Source: Candidatus Multivoradales bacterium
Lineage (GTDB): Bacteria > Acidobacteriota > Thermoanaerobaculia > Multivoradales > JAHEKO01
NCBI GenBank assembly: GCA_965223855.1
Contig: CBDCXM010000009.1
Location: 672,001-736,000, forward strand
DNA: 64,000 nucleotides
Direction: 5' to 3'
Part shown: positions 43,113-51,991 of the stretch, piece after piece
How positions within the stretch are numbered: the first letter of the stretch is position 1
How the letters are laid out: every line of letters starts with the position of its first letter
Notes under the pieces: model-generated
What the model saw: the letters and a program-made list of their open reading frames with translations, nothing else
Databases searched by the model: none
Told to the model about the DNA's origin: nothing
Program-made: the position numbers and the translations under genes

Positions 43113-43283
43113 GGCCTCGCCCGCCCGGCAACCGGGTGCTCAGGGGGCTCGAAGCGAGGCCCGAAAGCCGTCGTGCCAGATCGCAAGCCGTCGGCCGAAC
43201 GCTGAGAGAGTGCGCGCTGAAGGTCGTCCTACCCAGTACGCGCGACGTCCCCCTGGGCACCGGGTTGCCGGACGTGCGAGGCC
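43113..43283 (+). repeat. Structured dispersed repeat, copy B
   Basis: Arms GGCCTCGCCCGCCCGGCAACCGGGTGCTCAGGGGG / CCCCCTGGGCACCGGGTTGCCGGACGTGCGAGGCC around the shared core. Confidence 0.85.
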
Positions 43284-43315
43284 GGTCGTACCACCCAATC
43301 GACGCCCGGCGCTGA

Positions 43316-43344
43316 TTGACACAAGTGCCGCCCCTACTTAGGAT
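43316..43344 (+). promoter_or_regulatory. sigma70 promoter of tRNA-Asn
   Basis: TTGACA-17 nt-TAGGAT followed by a GC-rich discriminator. Confidence 0.75.
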
Positions 43345-43380
43345 TGGCGGCCCGACAGCGGCGCGCGCGCCGCACGATTG

Positions 43381-43455
43381 TCCTCGGTAGCTCAGTGGTA
43401 GAGCGGTCGGCTGTTAACCGATTGGTCGGCGGTTCGAATCCGTCCCGGGGAGCCA
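43381..43455 (+). tRNA. tRNA-Asn(GTT)
   Basis: TCCTCGG acceptor, GGTAGAGC D-arm, TCGG-CTGTTAA-CCGA anticodon arm, GGTTCGAATCC, encoded 3' CCA. Confidence 0.97.
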
Positions 43456-43463
43456 TCTGATTC

Positions 43464-43495
43464 GCGGCCGCCCTTCACGGGCGGCCGCTTGCTTT
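43464..43495 (+). terminator. Terminator after tRNA-Asn
   Basis: GCGGCCGCCC-TTCAC-GGGCGGCCGC then TTGCTTT. Confidence 0.7.
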
Positions 43496-43534
43496 GAAGG
43501 CCCGATCTCCGAAGGCCGAAGAAAGCCACCACGG

Positions 43535-44329
43535 ATGCTCGACAGAATCGCCCACGACTCGATCACCGAGCTGCGACTGGCACGGCCGCCGGCGAATGCG
43601 CTCAATGCCGACCTGCTGGCGACGCTGAGGGAGGCGATCGCCGCCGAGGTGGAGGCGGGGACCGAAGCGATCGTGCTCTCGGGCCGTGAGGGGCTGTTTT
43701 CGGCCGGGCTCGACGTGCCGGAGCTGCTGACGCTCGATCGCGACGGCATCGCGCGGCTGTGGCGCGAGCTCTTCGGTGTCATCCGCGCCCTCGCCTCGTG
43801 CCCGGTACCGGTCGCCGCGGCGGTGACCGGGCACAGCCCGGCGGGGGGCGCCGTGCTGACGCTCTTCTGCGACTGGCGGGTGATGGCGGAAGGGCCCCCT
43901 TCAGAGACTCAGTTCCGGATCGGCCTCAACGAGGTGCAGGTCGGGCTGACTCTCTCGGAGTCGATCTACGGACCGCTGCGGCGCCTCGTCGGGCGGCGCT
44001 CGGCCGAGAAGCTGGCGGTGGCGGGCGCGCTGCTACCGGCAGCCGAGGCGCACCGGCTCGGATGGATCGACGAACTGGCGCCGGTCGGCGAGGTCGTCGA
44101 GCGGGCCGTCGGCTACCTGCGCGGCCTGCTGGCGCTGCCGCGCACGGCGATGCTCTCGACCCGTGCGTTGCTGCGCGCCGATCTGATGGCGATGATCGAC
44201 GAGGACGAAGGGGTCGAGGAGCGGGTGACGGAACTGTGGTTCAGCGACGAGACACAGGCCGCCATGAAGGCGATGGTCGCCCGCCTCGCCGATCGCAAGA
44301 AGGATCCATCGCAGAAGGAGTCGTCATGA
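43535..44329 (+). CDS. Enoyl-CoA hydratase/isomerase family protein
   Basis: RPPANAL, FSAGLD, GHSPAGG, IGLNEVQVG. Confidence 0.9.
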   Translation: MLDRIAHDSITELRLARPPANALNADLLATLREAIAAEVEAGTEAIVLSGREGLFSAGLDVPELLTLDRDGIARLWRELFGVIRALASCPVPVAAAVTGHSPAGGAVLTLFCDWRVMAEGPPSETQFRIGLNEVQVGLTLSESIYGPLRRLVGRRSAEKLAVAGALLPAAEAHRLGWIDELAPVGEVVERAVGYLRGLLALPRTAMLSTRALLRADLMAMIDEDEGVEERVTELWFSDETQAAMKAMVARLADRKKDPSQKESS

Positions 44330-44664
44330 CGAAAGAACTGGCATCCCGCGAGTGCATCCCCTGCCGTGGGGCGGTCGAGCCGCTCACCGGCGACGCGCTC
44401 GACGCGCTGGCCGCCGAGCTCGACAACGGCTGGCAGGTGGTCGATGGACACCATCTCGAGAAGCGCTACACCTTCCCCGACTTCGCCTCGGCGCTCGAGT
44501 TCACCAACAAGGTCGGTGCGCTGGCCGAGGAGGTCGATCACCATCCCGTGATCGAGCTCACCTGGGGCCGGGTCGACGTCGAGATCTACACCCACAAGAT
44601 CGACGGCCTCCACGAGGCCGACTTCGTCTGGGCGGCGCGGGCCGACGCACTCCTCGACAGCTGA
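44326..44664 (+). CDS. phhB: Pterin-4a-carbinolamine dehydratase
   Basis: CIPC, FPDFASAL, AEEVDHHP, THKIDGLHEADF; ATGA overlap. Confidence 0.92.
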   Translation: MTKELASRECIPCRGAVEPLTGDALDALAAELDNGWQVVDGHHLEKRYTFPDFASALEFTNKVGALAEEVDHHPVIELTWGRVDVEIYTHKIDGLHEADFVWAARADALLDS

Positions 44665-44676
44665 GCCCCGGAGGTA

Positions 44677-44689
44677 GGGAATTTTTCCC
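44677..44689. promoter_or_regulatory. Putative enhancer (UAS) GGGA-N5-TCCC
   Basis: GGGAATTTTTCCC about 90 bp upstream of the + strand sigma54 box; the same palindrome occurs at 45433-45445. Confidence 0.55.
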
Positions 44690-44775
44690 GGGTTGCCCGC
44701 GGGTTGGACCGCCCGTGAGCTTCCTTCTTCGCCGCAGGGTCCGATCCCGGCAGGCTTCCGCGCGACGGTCCGCGC

Positions 44776-44790
44776 TGGCACGCAGGTTGC
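44776..44790 (+). promoter_or_regulatory. sigma54 (-24/-12) promoter
   Basis: TGGCACGCAGGTTGC matches the TGGCACG-N4-TTGC consensus. Confidence 0.75.
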
Positions 44791-44801
44791 GCCGGAAGCG
44801 G

Positions 44802-44870
44802 TGCATGAGTGAGCCCCGACAGCGGCGCCGGGTCGGCGGCAGCACGCGGCGACCGCCGACCCGCCCCTCG
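44802..44870 (+). ncRNA. Candidate sigma54-dependent small/antisense RNA
   Basis: Starts about 12 nt after the sigma54 box, no credible ORF/SD; hairpin GGGTCGGCGG...CCGCCGACCC (44830-44862). Boundaries are guesses. Confidence 0.35.
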
Positions 44871-44881
44871 CCGCGCGGCCG

Positions 44882-45277
44882 CTACGCCGGCTTGCTCTCG
44901 CCGATCGTCAGCAGCGCGATGCAGGTACCCTCCGTGCCCTCGAAGTCGAGCTGCCACGAGCCGGGCAGCGCCGCACTCAGGTCGAGATGCGCCAGGAGGT
45001 CGCCCACCAGAGCTTCCTCGGGCACCTCGAAGCCGATCACCTCGATGCCGCTCTCCTCTTCGGCACGCACTTCGGCGAGCGGGCCGGGATCGCGGCTGAA
45101 CTCGACTGTGAGCGACGAGGCTTCGGCTTCGATCAGCACCTCGGCGGGCGCCAGCGCGGCGCGGCAGAACGGTTCCTCCTCGGCCGCCGCGGCACGGTGG
45201 TCGACGGCGCCTCCCCAACTGGCAAGGGTCACCAGGACGGTGAGCAGGATGAAGGCGGTGGGGTCGAGACGTTTCAT
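44882..45277 (-). CDS. Small secreted hypothetical protein (131 aa, two Cys, beta-rich)
   Basis: Last 131 codons of the 1144-aa shadow ORF; AAGGA SD; MKR + hydrophobic signal; own sigma54 promoter. Confidence 0.7.
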   Translation of the reverse strand: MKRLDPTAFILLTVLVTLASWGGAVDHRAAAAEEEPFCRAALAPAEVLIEAEASSLTVEFSRDPGPLAEVRAEEESGIEVIGFEVPEEALVGDLLAHLDLSAALPGSWQLDFEGTEGTCIALLTIGESKPA

Positions 45278-45326
45278 TTCGGTTCCTTTCCCGGGCTCCC
45301 CCAGGCACGGTCTGAGATACCCCTGC

Positions 45327-45341
45327 GCAACCCGCGTGCCA
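45327..45341 (-). promoter_or_regulatory. sigma54 (-24/-12) promoter
   Basis: Minus strand TGGCACGCGGGTTGC, 50 nt upstream of ATG 45277. Confidence 0.8.
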
Positions 45342-45430
45342 CGGGGGAGGCGACCGGCGACCGTCCAGACTTCGCCTGACGGGAGGCCCGACGGCCTGCC
45401 ACACCCGGCCCGGCGAAGCGAGAGATCTAA

Positions 45431-45447
45431 CAGGGAGAACTTCCCTG
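45431..45447. promoter_or_regulatory. Putative enhancer (UAS) CAGGGA-N5-TCCCTG
   Basis: Palindrome about 90 bp upstream of the minus-strand sigma54 box and just before the regulator ATG. Confidence 0.55.
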
Positions 45448-45469
45448 CTTCCTGCACACTGGTGGCTCG

Positions 45470-46843
45470 ATGAGGGACGCCCTTCGCTCCATCCTCGTGG
45501 TCGACGACGAGCCGGCGTTGCGCGAAGTGCTCGACGTGCGGCTGCGCGACGCGGGTTACGAGGTCGCTCTCGCCGGCAGCGGCGAGGAAGCGCGCTCGGC
45601 GCTCGACGCCGGCGACCCCGACCTGGTGCTCTCCGACGTCGTCCTGCCCGATGCGTCGGGACTCGACCTGCTCGATCTCCTCCGCGGGCCGGCGCCGGGG
45701 CGGCCGGTGATCCTGATGACCGCCTTCGGCAGCATCGACGTCGCCGTCGAGGCGATGAAGCGGGGCGCTTTCGACTTCCTCACCAAGCCGCTCGACTACG
45801 ACAAGTTGGCGGCGCTGCTCGAGGCGGCGCGCAGGACCCTCCATCGGCAGCTCGAGACCGAGGCGATCGAGCGCACGCTCGAACAGGAGGCCTCGGTCGC
45901 CGGGCTGATCGGGCGCAGCAAGCCGATGCGCAAGGTGCAGGAACTCCTGCGTACGGTAGCGGAGAGCGAGGCGTCGGTGATCCTGACGGGCGAGAGCGGT
46001 ACCGGCAAGGAGGTCGCCGCGCGGGCGATCCATCGGCTGAGCCGTCGCGCTCGCGGGCCGCTGGTGGCGGTCAACGCAGCAGCGCTCCCGGAAGGGCTGG
46101 TCGAGAGCGAGCTCTTCGGCCACCAGGCCGGAGCGTTCACCGGCGCGACGACCGCCCGCCCCGGCTGTTTCGAGATGGCGGACGGCGGCACGCTCTTCCT
46201 CGACGAGATCGCGGAGATGCCGGTCGAGCTCCAGCCGCGCTTCCTGCGTGTGCTCGAGGACGGCAGGGTGCGCCGGCTCGGGGCCCGCAACGAGATCGCC
46301 GTCGACGTGCGGGTTCTGACGGCCACCAATCGCGACCCGGAGGACGCCGTCCGTGCCGGCAAGCTGCGTGAGGATCTGTTCTACCGGCTCAACGTCTTTA
46401 CGGTCGAGCTGCCGCCGCTGCGCGACCGGCTCGACGATGTCGCGCTCCTCGCCCAGCACTTCATCGAGGCGTTCAACGACAAACATCGCGTCGAGGTCCG
46501 CGGCGTCGCCGCCGACGCGCTCGAGCTGATGACCGGCTATCACTGGCCGGGCAACGTACGCGAGCTGCGCAACGTCGTCGAGCGATCGATGATCCTCGCC
46601 CGCGAGGGATGGATCGAGAGCACCCACCTGCCGCCGTTCCTGCGCGACAGCTCTCTGGCGCGCGGCGCGCGCATCGTGCTGCCGCCGGACATCACCGCCC
46701 AGGAGGCCGAGCGCATCGTCATCCTCGAGACGCTCGAGCGCTGCGGCAACAACAAGTCGCAGGCCGCCCGTCGCCTCGGGCTCGACGTCAAGACGATCCG
46801 CAACAAGCTGCGTACCTACGGTGTGACCGCCGAGCGGCGCTGA
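45470..46843 (+). CDS. sigma54-dependent response regulator (NtrC family)
   Basis: REC (ILVVDDE, LSDVVLP), GESGTGKE, ESELFGH, GAFTGA, FLDEI, WPGNVREL, C-terminal HTH. Confidence 0.95.
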   Translation: MRDALRSILVVDDEPALREVLDVRLRDAGYEVALAGSGEEARSALDAGDPDLVLSDVVLPDASGLDLLDLLRGPAPGRPVILMTAFGSIDVAVEAMKRGAFDFLTKPLDYDKLAALLEAARRTLHRQLETEAIERTLEQEASVAGLIGRSKPMRKVQELLRTVAESEASVILTGESGTGKEVAARAIHRLSRRARGPLVAVNAAALPEGLVESELFGHQAGAFTGATTARPGCFEMADGGTLFLDEIAEMPVELQPRFLRVLEDGRVRRLGARNEIAVDVRVLTATNRDPEDAVRAGKLREDLFYRLNVFTVELPPLRDRLDDVALLAQHFIEAFNDKHRVEVRGVAADALELMTGYHWPGNVRELRNVVERSMILAREGWIESTHLPPFLRDSSLARGARIVLPPDITAQEAERIVILETLERCGNNKSQAARRLGLDVKTIRNKLRTYGVTAERR

Positions 46844-46846
46844 ATC

Positions 46847-48451
46847 GTGAAGGTCGCGACCAAGATCGTCACCCTCGCCGGCACGCTGATCGTGCTGTTG
46901 ACCGTGGTGCTCGCGCTTCACGTCTGGTGGGTGCAGGAGCTCGCCCGGGCGACCCAGCGGCTGCCGCAGACGATCTTCCGCGTCGGCTCTTCGCAGCTCG
47001 AGATCGAGCGCGGACTCCACGAACTGATCCAGTTCTCGCGCAAGGCGGCGATCGTCCCCGACTGGGAAGAGGGAATCCCGGCGATTCGCGAGCGGGTACA
47101 GGCCGAGATGCGAACCCTCGCCACGTTCGAGCTCGACCCGGCCGAGCAGAACGCGCTCATCGAGCTGCAGAGCCAGTGGCAGACCTACGCCCGTCTCGAC
47201 CCGCTCACCGCCCAGCGGCTCGAGACCGACCCCGACCCGGCGGCCGACCGGACGGAAACCGCGGACCGTGAGGCCGCTCTCGAGGAGCCGGCGGTCGCCG
47301 GAGAGCCGGCCCCGGTCGATCTCGCTCTTCTCGCCGCCCACCTCGAGCAGCTCGGAGAGCTGCGCTCGCGGCTGCGCGAGTTCCAGGAGGCCACCGAGTT
47401 CCACGTCGGGGCACGGCGACGCGAGGCGGCGCGCACCGTGTCGCTCACCAAGCGCATCGCCTGGGCGACCGTCGTCGGGGTGCTCCTGCTGACGCTGCCG
47501 CTCCTGTGGTGGACGATCCGCTCGATTCATCGACCGCTGCGGCGGCTGACCGCCGGGACGCGCGACGTCGCCGAGGGTCGGTTCGCACTGCAGCTCGACA
47601 CTTCGAGCGGTGACGAGCTGGCCGAGGTGGCGGCGAGCTTCAATCGCATGGTCGGGCGGCTGCGGGAGCTCGACGAGCTCAAGCGGGACTTTCTCTCTCA
47701 TGTCTCGCACGAACTCAACACGCCGTTGGTGGCGATGCGCGAGACCAACGAGCTGCTGCTCGACGGGTTGGCGGGACCGCTGACCCGCGAACAGAGCCGC
47801 ATGCTCGAGCTCAATCGGGACGGCGCGATGAGACTGTCGGGAATGATCGGCAAGATCCTCGACTTGTCGCGGCTGGAAGCAGGAGCCATGGAATACGAGT
47901 TCACGACCGTCGATCTCAACGACCTGATCCGCCAGGTGGTCGAGGAGTTCGGCGCCGCGGCTCACGACCGCGACGTCACCTTCGACACCCGCCTCGCCGA
48001 GCCGCCGGTAAGGGCGACCTGCGACCGCGACCGGATGCTCCAGGTGCTCGAGAACCTGGTGTCGAACGCCCTCAAGTTCGCCCCCCGCTCGAGCGTCGTA
48101 CGGATCGAGGTCGAGCGCCCCGACAGGGGCCGCGGCCTGGCCGCGCGGTTGCAACGACCCGGGCGGCGCGCCGTCGTCACCGTCAGCGATCGCGGCCCGG
48201 GAGTGGAGGAGAGCGAGCGCGAGGCGATCTTCGAGCGCTTCCACCGCTCGGGCAGCGACTCGCCGCCCGGCTTCGGGCTCGGGTTGGCGATCAGCCGCGA
48301 GATCGTCGAAGCACACGGCGGCCGGATCTGGGTGCGCGACAACCCTCCCGGCGGGAGCACCTTCGGCGTCGAAGTCGCCGCCGCAAACGAGCCGGTGACG
48401 GCCGAGGTCGATCCGGGGACGCCCCGGGCGGCGGCGGGAGGAGCGTCATGA
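46847..48451 (+). CDS. HAMP-domain sensor histidine kinase
   Basis: Two TMs, HAMP, VSHELNTPL, NLVSNALKF, DRGPG, GLGLAI. Confidence 0.95.
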   Translation: MKVATKIVTLAGTLIVLLTVVLALHVWWVQELARATQRLPQTIFRVGSSQLEIERGLHELIQFSRKAAIVPDWEEGIPAIRERVQAEMRTLATFELDPAEQNALIELQSQWQTYARLDPLTAQRLETDPDPAADRTETADREAALEEPAVAGEPAPVDLALLAAHLEQLGELRSRLREFQEATEFHVGARRREAARTVSLTKRIAWATVVGVLLLTLPLLWWTIRSIHRPLRRLTAGTRDVAEGRFALQLDTSSGDELAEVAASFNRMVGRLRELDELKRDFLSHVSHELNTPLVAMRETNELLLDGLAGPLTREQSRMLELNRDGAMRLSGMIGKILDLSRLEAGAMEYEFTTVDLNDLIRQVVEEFGAAAHDRDVTFDTRLAEPPVRATCDRDRMLQVLENLVSNALKFAPRSSVVRIEVERPDRGRGLAARLQRPGRRAVVTVSDRGPGVEESEREAIFERFHRSGSDSPPGFGLGLAISREIVEAHGGRIWVRDNPPGGSTFGVEVAAANEPVTAEVDPGTPRAAAGGAS

Positions 48452-49041
48452 GCCGCCGGACCATACTCGGCGCCGCCCTGATCGTCCTGGCGACGGCGTG
48501 CGTGCCACGGCACGCCGACCGGCTTTTCCTCGCGCAGGACTATCCTTCCGCGATCGCCGCCTACGAGGCGTATCTGGTGCGGCGCGGCGAGTTCTCGGCC
48601 GACGACGCGCCGATCCTGCTGCGTCTGGCGCTCGCCTACGATCGTGCCGAGGAGCCGCAACGCGACCTCGAGACTTCGCGCTACTACCTGCAGCTACTCT
48701 CCCGGCAGTTTCCCGACACCCAGGAGGGGATCGCGGCACAGATGCTGCTCGACGGAGCACGCGCCCGGGTCGAGGCCTCGCGGCTCGCGGTCCAGATCCG
48801 TCAGCGCGACGAGCGCCTCGCCGCCCTGCAGCGGGTGCTCGATCTCGTCGCCGAAGAAAAGCGCGAGCTCTCGGACGAGGTCGCCGGCCGCGAACGCGAG
48901 CAGCAGGACCTCGAGGGGCGGGTGCGCGAACTCACCCGGCAGGCACGGGTGCTCTCCTCCGAAATCGCCGAGCTCGAGGGGGAGCTCGAGGCGCTCAAGC
49001 AGATCGACCTCGAGAGCGTCGCCGGCGAGCCGCCTCCCTAG
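48448..49041 (+). CDS. Lipoprotein with TPR-like region and C-terminal coiled coil (QseG/YfhG-like)
   Basis: Lipobox ATAC; coiled coil ending ELEALKQIDL; ATGA overlap with the kinase. Confidence 0.65.
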   Translation: MSRRTILGAALIVLATACVPRHADRLFLAQDYPSAIAAYEAYLVRRGEFSADDAPILLRLALAYDRAEEPQRDLETSRYYLQLLSRQFPDTQEGIAAQMLLDGARARVEASRLAVQIRQRDERLAALQRVLDLVAEEKRELSDEVAGREREQQDLEGRVRELTRQARVLSSEIAELEGELEALKQIDLESVAGEPPP

Positions 49042-49067
49042 CCCTGAGAACCGCTCAGCCCGCGCCG

Positions 49068-49264
49068 TCTGGCTCTAGCCTGCATAATTCACGAGTTCCC
49101 TCCTGCAAGGTCGATTTGCCCGCCATCTCGGGCCGTCCTCGCTCCTCGCCTCCTCGACGTGCTGCAAGTACGCCTGCGGGGCTCGTCGCTGCGAGTGGCC
49201 CGATCTGACGGACACCTCGACCTTGCGCGACGGGATCTCATGAATCATGCAGGCTAGAGCCAGA
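49068..49264. mobile_element. MITE/REP-like palindromic element
   Basis: 18-bp perfect terminal inverted repeat TCTGGCTCTAGCCTGCAT; imperfect pairing continues almost to the centre; CTAG near both ends; no transposase. Confidence 0.75.
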
Positions 49265-49943
49265 AGCTGAAGCCGTCGCGCTCGAGCTGGCGGTAGCGCC
49301 GCCGGTCGAAGCGGTAGAGCCGCGGGGCGCGGTAGGCGACTCCCTGCTGCACCTCTCCGGTGTCGACGAGCAGCCCCATGGCGAGGATCTTGCGCCGGAA
49401 GTTGCGTTTGTCGAGCTTCTCGTCGAGGACCACCTCGTAGATCTGCTGGAGCTGCGTGAGGGTGAAGCGCCGCGGCAGCAGCTCGAAACCGAGCGGGGCG
49501 TAGCGCACCTTGCCCTGCAGGCGTTGATGGGCGACGTCCAGGATCCGATCGTGGTCGAAGGCGAGCGGCGGCGGCGCAGCCACCGGATGCCATGCGACCC
49601 GCGCCGCATCGGAGGCCGCCACCGGGCGCGCGCGACGGGAGTCGACCAGGGCATAGTAGGCGACGCTCACCACCCGGCCGCGCGGGTCGCGCTCGGGAGC
49701 GCCGAAGGTGTAGAGCTGCTCCAGGAAGACGTCCGTGAGGCCGGTCTCTTCCTCTAGCTCTCTGCGCGCGGCGCTCTCGAGGTCCTCGTCCATGTCGACG
49801 AAGCCTCCCGGCAATGCCCAGGCACCGGTGTGCGGCTCGTGCGCCCGCTCGATCAGCAGCACTTCGAGACCGTCCGCTCCGATCGCGAAGACGACACAGT
49901 CGACCGTCAGCGCCGGCCGCGGATGCTCGTAGGTGGGGCTCAC
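49254..49943 (-). CDS. nrtR: NrtR-family Nudix transcriptional regulator
   Basis: Nudix box WALPGGF...[25 protein letters not shown], w[12 protein letters not shown]...PRLYRF; coupled to nadE. Confidence 0.85.
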   Translation of the reverse strand: MSPTYEHPRPALTVDCVVFAIGADGLEVLLIERAHEPHTGAWALPGGFVDMDEDLESAARRELEEETGLTDVFLEQLYTFGAPERDPRGRVVSVAYYALVDSRRARPVAASDAARVAWHPVAAPPPLAFDHDRILDVAHQRLQGKVRYAPLGFELLPRRFTLTQLQQIYEVVLDEKLDKRNFRRKILAMGLLVDTGEVQQGVAYRAPRLYRFDRRRYRQLERDGFSFWL

Positions 49944-51913
49944 TCCGCGGTCGCCGCTCTCAGCCGTTCGACCTCTCGCGCCAGTCTCTCGAGCTCACGC
50001 TCGAAGCCGCCGGAGAGGATCGGGAAGCGGCACCAGGTCTTCGGATCGAGGTTCTTGTCATCGAGGTGGAACGACGGCGCATAGCGCTCGCGCTTCCACT
50101 GGTTGCGGCACCACAGACGGAAGAAGCGGGTGACGTAACCGCCCAGCCGCGGCACCTCGATCTCCGGGAAGGCGGCTCTCATCTCGCGGAACACCTCGAG
50201 CGGCGTGTGCTTGTCACGAATCGCCGCCCCCTCGATCGCGTCGAGCAGCGGGTAGGGCATGAGATCGCCCTCGTCGGTCTGCTCCTCGCCGGGAGGCCGC
50301 AACTCCGCCGTCGGCGGCTGCGCGTTGACCGCCGCCAGCGCCGGGAGGCGCGGCTCGAGCCATGCGAGCCAGCGGCGCAGGAACGCCTTGTCGATGCCGG
50401 CGATCGGGGAGAGACCGCCGCAGGTGTCGCCGTCCATGGTCGCGTAGCCGACCGCCGCCTCCGAGCGGTTGGAGGTGGCGAGCAGCAGAGCATTCTCGAG
50501 GTTGGCCAGCATCCACACGGACGGGCCGCGGGCGCGCGCCTGGATGTTCTGGAGAGTCAGGTCGTCACGCTCCCAGCTGAGCTCCCGGCCGACCGCCGCC
50601 TCGACCCGCTCGCGATAGCCGGTCACCAGACCGTCGACGTCGATCTCGAAGTAGGTGGCGCCGATCGCCGCTGCGACCCCGCTCGCCGCGGCGCGCGTCG
50701 TCTCGGAGCTGTTGCGGGTCGGCTGGTAGACGCAGGTCAGAAGCCGGGCGACGATCTCGGCGGCGGACTTCGCGCCGCCCAGGTCGATCGACTCCAGACG
50801 GGCGTCGAGCCCGTCGCGGCCGAGCTCATCGAGCGCCAGCGCCACCATCTCGGCCACCAGGCACGCCACTGCCGCCGAGTCGGCGCCGCCCGAGAGCGAG
50901 ACGACGAAGCCGCCCGAGCGGCTCTTGCGCAGGTAGTCGAAGAGCCCCAGCGAGACGGTACGCCGGAACTCCTCTTCCTTGACAGCGTCGCCAGCCTCCC
51001 ACCCATCGGTGTCCGGCTGCGCCGGTTCCGGATCGAGGGCGGGGAAACGGATCGGCGCTGCCAACGGGGCCTCGTGGCGAGGCTTGAAGCCCGACGTCTG
51101 CGCCTGACGCATCCGATTCTCGGAGAGATCGACGACCGCGGTGGCGATGCCGTGATCGGCGAACGAGAAGCGCTCGGCGGCGGCGACGATCCGGCCGTCG
51201 TGAGCGATCAGCGTGCCGCCGTCGTAGATCACCCGCCCGGCCTCGTTGCCGAGGAGGTTGCTGTAGAGATAGGTGACGCCGAACGCTCTCGAACTCTCGG
51301 CGACGTAGCGTCTCCTCACCTCCTGCTTGCCGAACGCGAAGTGACTGGCGCTCGGATTGAGGATGACGTCGGCACCGGCCAGGGCGAGGTCGGTCCCGGG
51401 GCGATCGGCCACCCAGGCGTCTTCGCAGATCTCGAAGCCGACCAGCACGCCGCCGCAGTCGAACAGGAGGTCACCGAGCGGCAGGCGCCGACCGGCGATC
51501 TCGATCTCCTCGCGCAGATCGTCCGGCCAGGGCTTGAACCAGCGCGGCTCGTAGTGAACCCCGTCGCCCGGCAGGAACTGCTTCGCCACCACGCCGATCG
51601 GCTCGCCGTCGACCGCCACGCACATCACGTTGTAGATCGCTTTGCGGTGGAGGATCGGCAGCCCGAAGCAGGTGACGAGGCCGCGGGACGCCGGCAACAG
51701 CTCCTCGAGGACCTCGATCGCCGTCTCGTGGACACCGGTCGAGAAGAAGGCGTCCTCGCAGCCGTAGCCGCTGATCGCCAGCTCCGGCAGGCAGACGATC
51801 GAGGCGCCGATGCCGCGACACTCCTCGAGCGCCGCGACGATGCGATCGCGATTGCCGTCCCAGTCGAGCGGCGTCTGATTGAGAGAGGCGGTGGCGACGC
51901 GGATGAGCTGCAT
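49940..51913 (-). CDS. nadE: Glutamine-dependent NAD+ synthetase
   Basis: Nitrilase-like domain ([20 protein letters not shown]) + [30 protein letters not shown]; start ATG 51913. Confidence 0.95.
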   Translation of the reverse strand: MQLIRVATASLNQTPLDWDGNRDRIVAALEECRGIGASIVCLPELAISGYGCEDAFFSTGVHETAIEVLEELLPASRGLVTCFGLPILHRKAIYNVMCVAVDGEPIGVVAKQFLPGDGVHYEPRWFKPWPDDLREEIEIAGRRLPLGDLLFDCGGVLVGFEICEDAWVADRPGTDLALAGADVILNPSASHFAFGKQEVRRRYVAESSRAFGVTYLYSNLLGNEAGRVIYDGGTLIAHDGRIVAAAERFSFADHGIATAVVDLSENRMRQAQTSGFKPRHEAPLAAPIRFPALDPEPAQPDTDGWEAGDAVKEEEFRRTVSLGLFDYLRKSRSGGFVVSLSGGADSAAVACLVAEMVALALDELGRDGLDARLESIDLGGAKSAAEIVARLLTCVYQPTRNSSETTRAAASGVAAAIGATYFEIDVDGLVTGYRERVEAAVGRELSWERDDLTLQNIQARARGPSVWMLANLENALLLATSNRSEAAVGYATMDGDTCGGLSPIAGIDKAFLRRWLAWLEPRLPALAAVNAQPPTAELRPPGEEQTDEGDLMPYPLLDAIEGAAIRDKHTPLEVFREMRAAFPEIEVPRLGGYVTRFFRLWCRNQWKRERYAPSFHLDDKNLDPKTWCRFPILSGGFERELERLAREVERLRAATAE

Positions 51914-51940
51914 CAGGGGCTCCCGTGGAAGCGAACCCCC

Positions 51941-51961
51941 AAAGTGTACCATCCACACTCT
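51941..51961. promoter_or_regulatory. Putative NrtR operator
   Basis: AGTGT-ACCATCC-ACACT palindrome (GT-N7-AC core) about 30 nt upstream of nadE. Confidence 0.7.
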
Positions 51962-51991
51962 TGCGTCGAGCGGTGAGATACTGCCCCCGGC

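Noticed and set aside
43140-43255. Hammerhead ribozyme or group II intron domain V in the repeat core
   Set aside because: CTGAGAG does not fit CUGANGA and is not conserved in other copies; no domain V-like catalytic hairpin recognised.
42538-43260. 240-aa minus ORF as an intact gene
   Set aside because: Starts and ends inside repeat copies, no SD or recognisable domain; treated as possible decayed cargo.
42290-43283. Repeat cluster as a CRISPR array or attC cassette array
   Set aside because: Copies are long, diverged, in both orientations and irregularly spaced; no cas gene or integron integrase in the window.
43381-43455. Prophage/ICE integration at tRNA-Asn
   Set aside because: No integrase and no duplicated tRNA 3' end seen in the window.
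44882-48316. 1144-aa minus-strand ORF
   Set aside because: Mostly the antisense shadow of the regulator and kinase; only the last 131 codons (from ATG 45277) look like a real gene.
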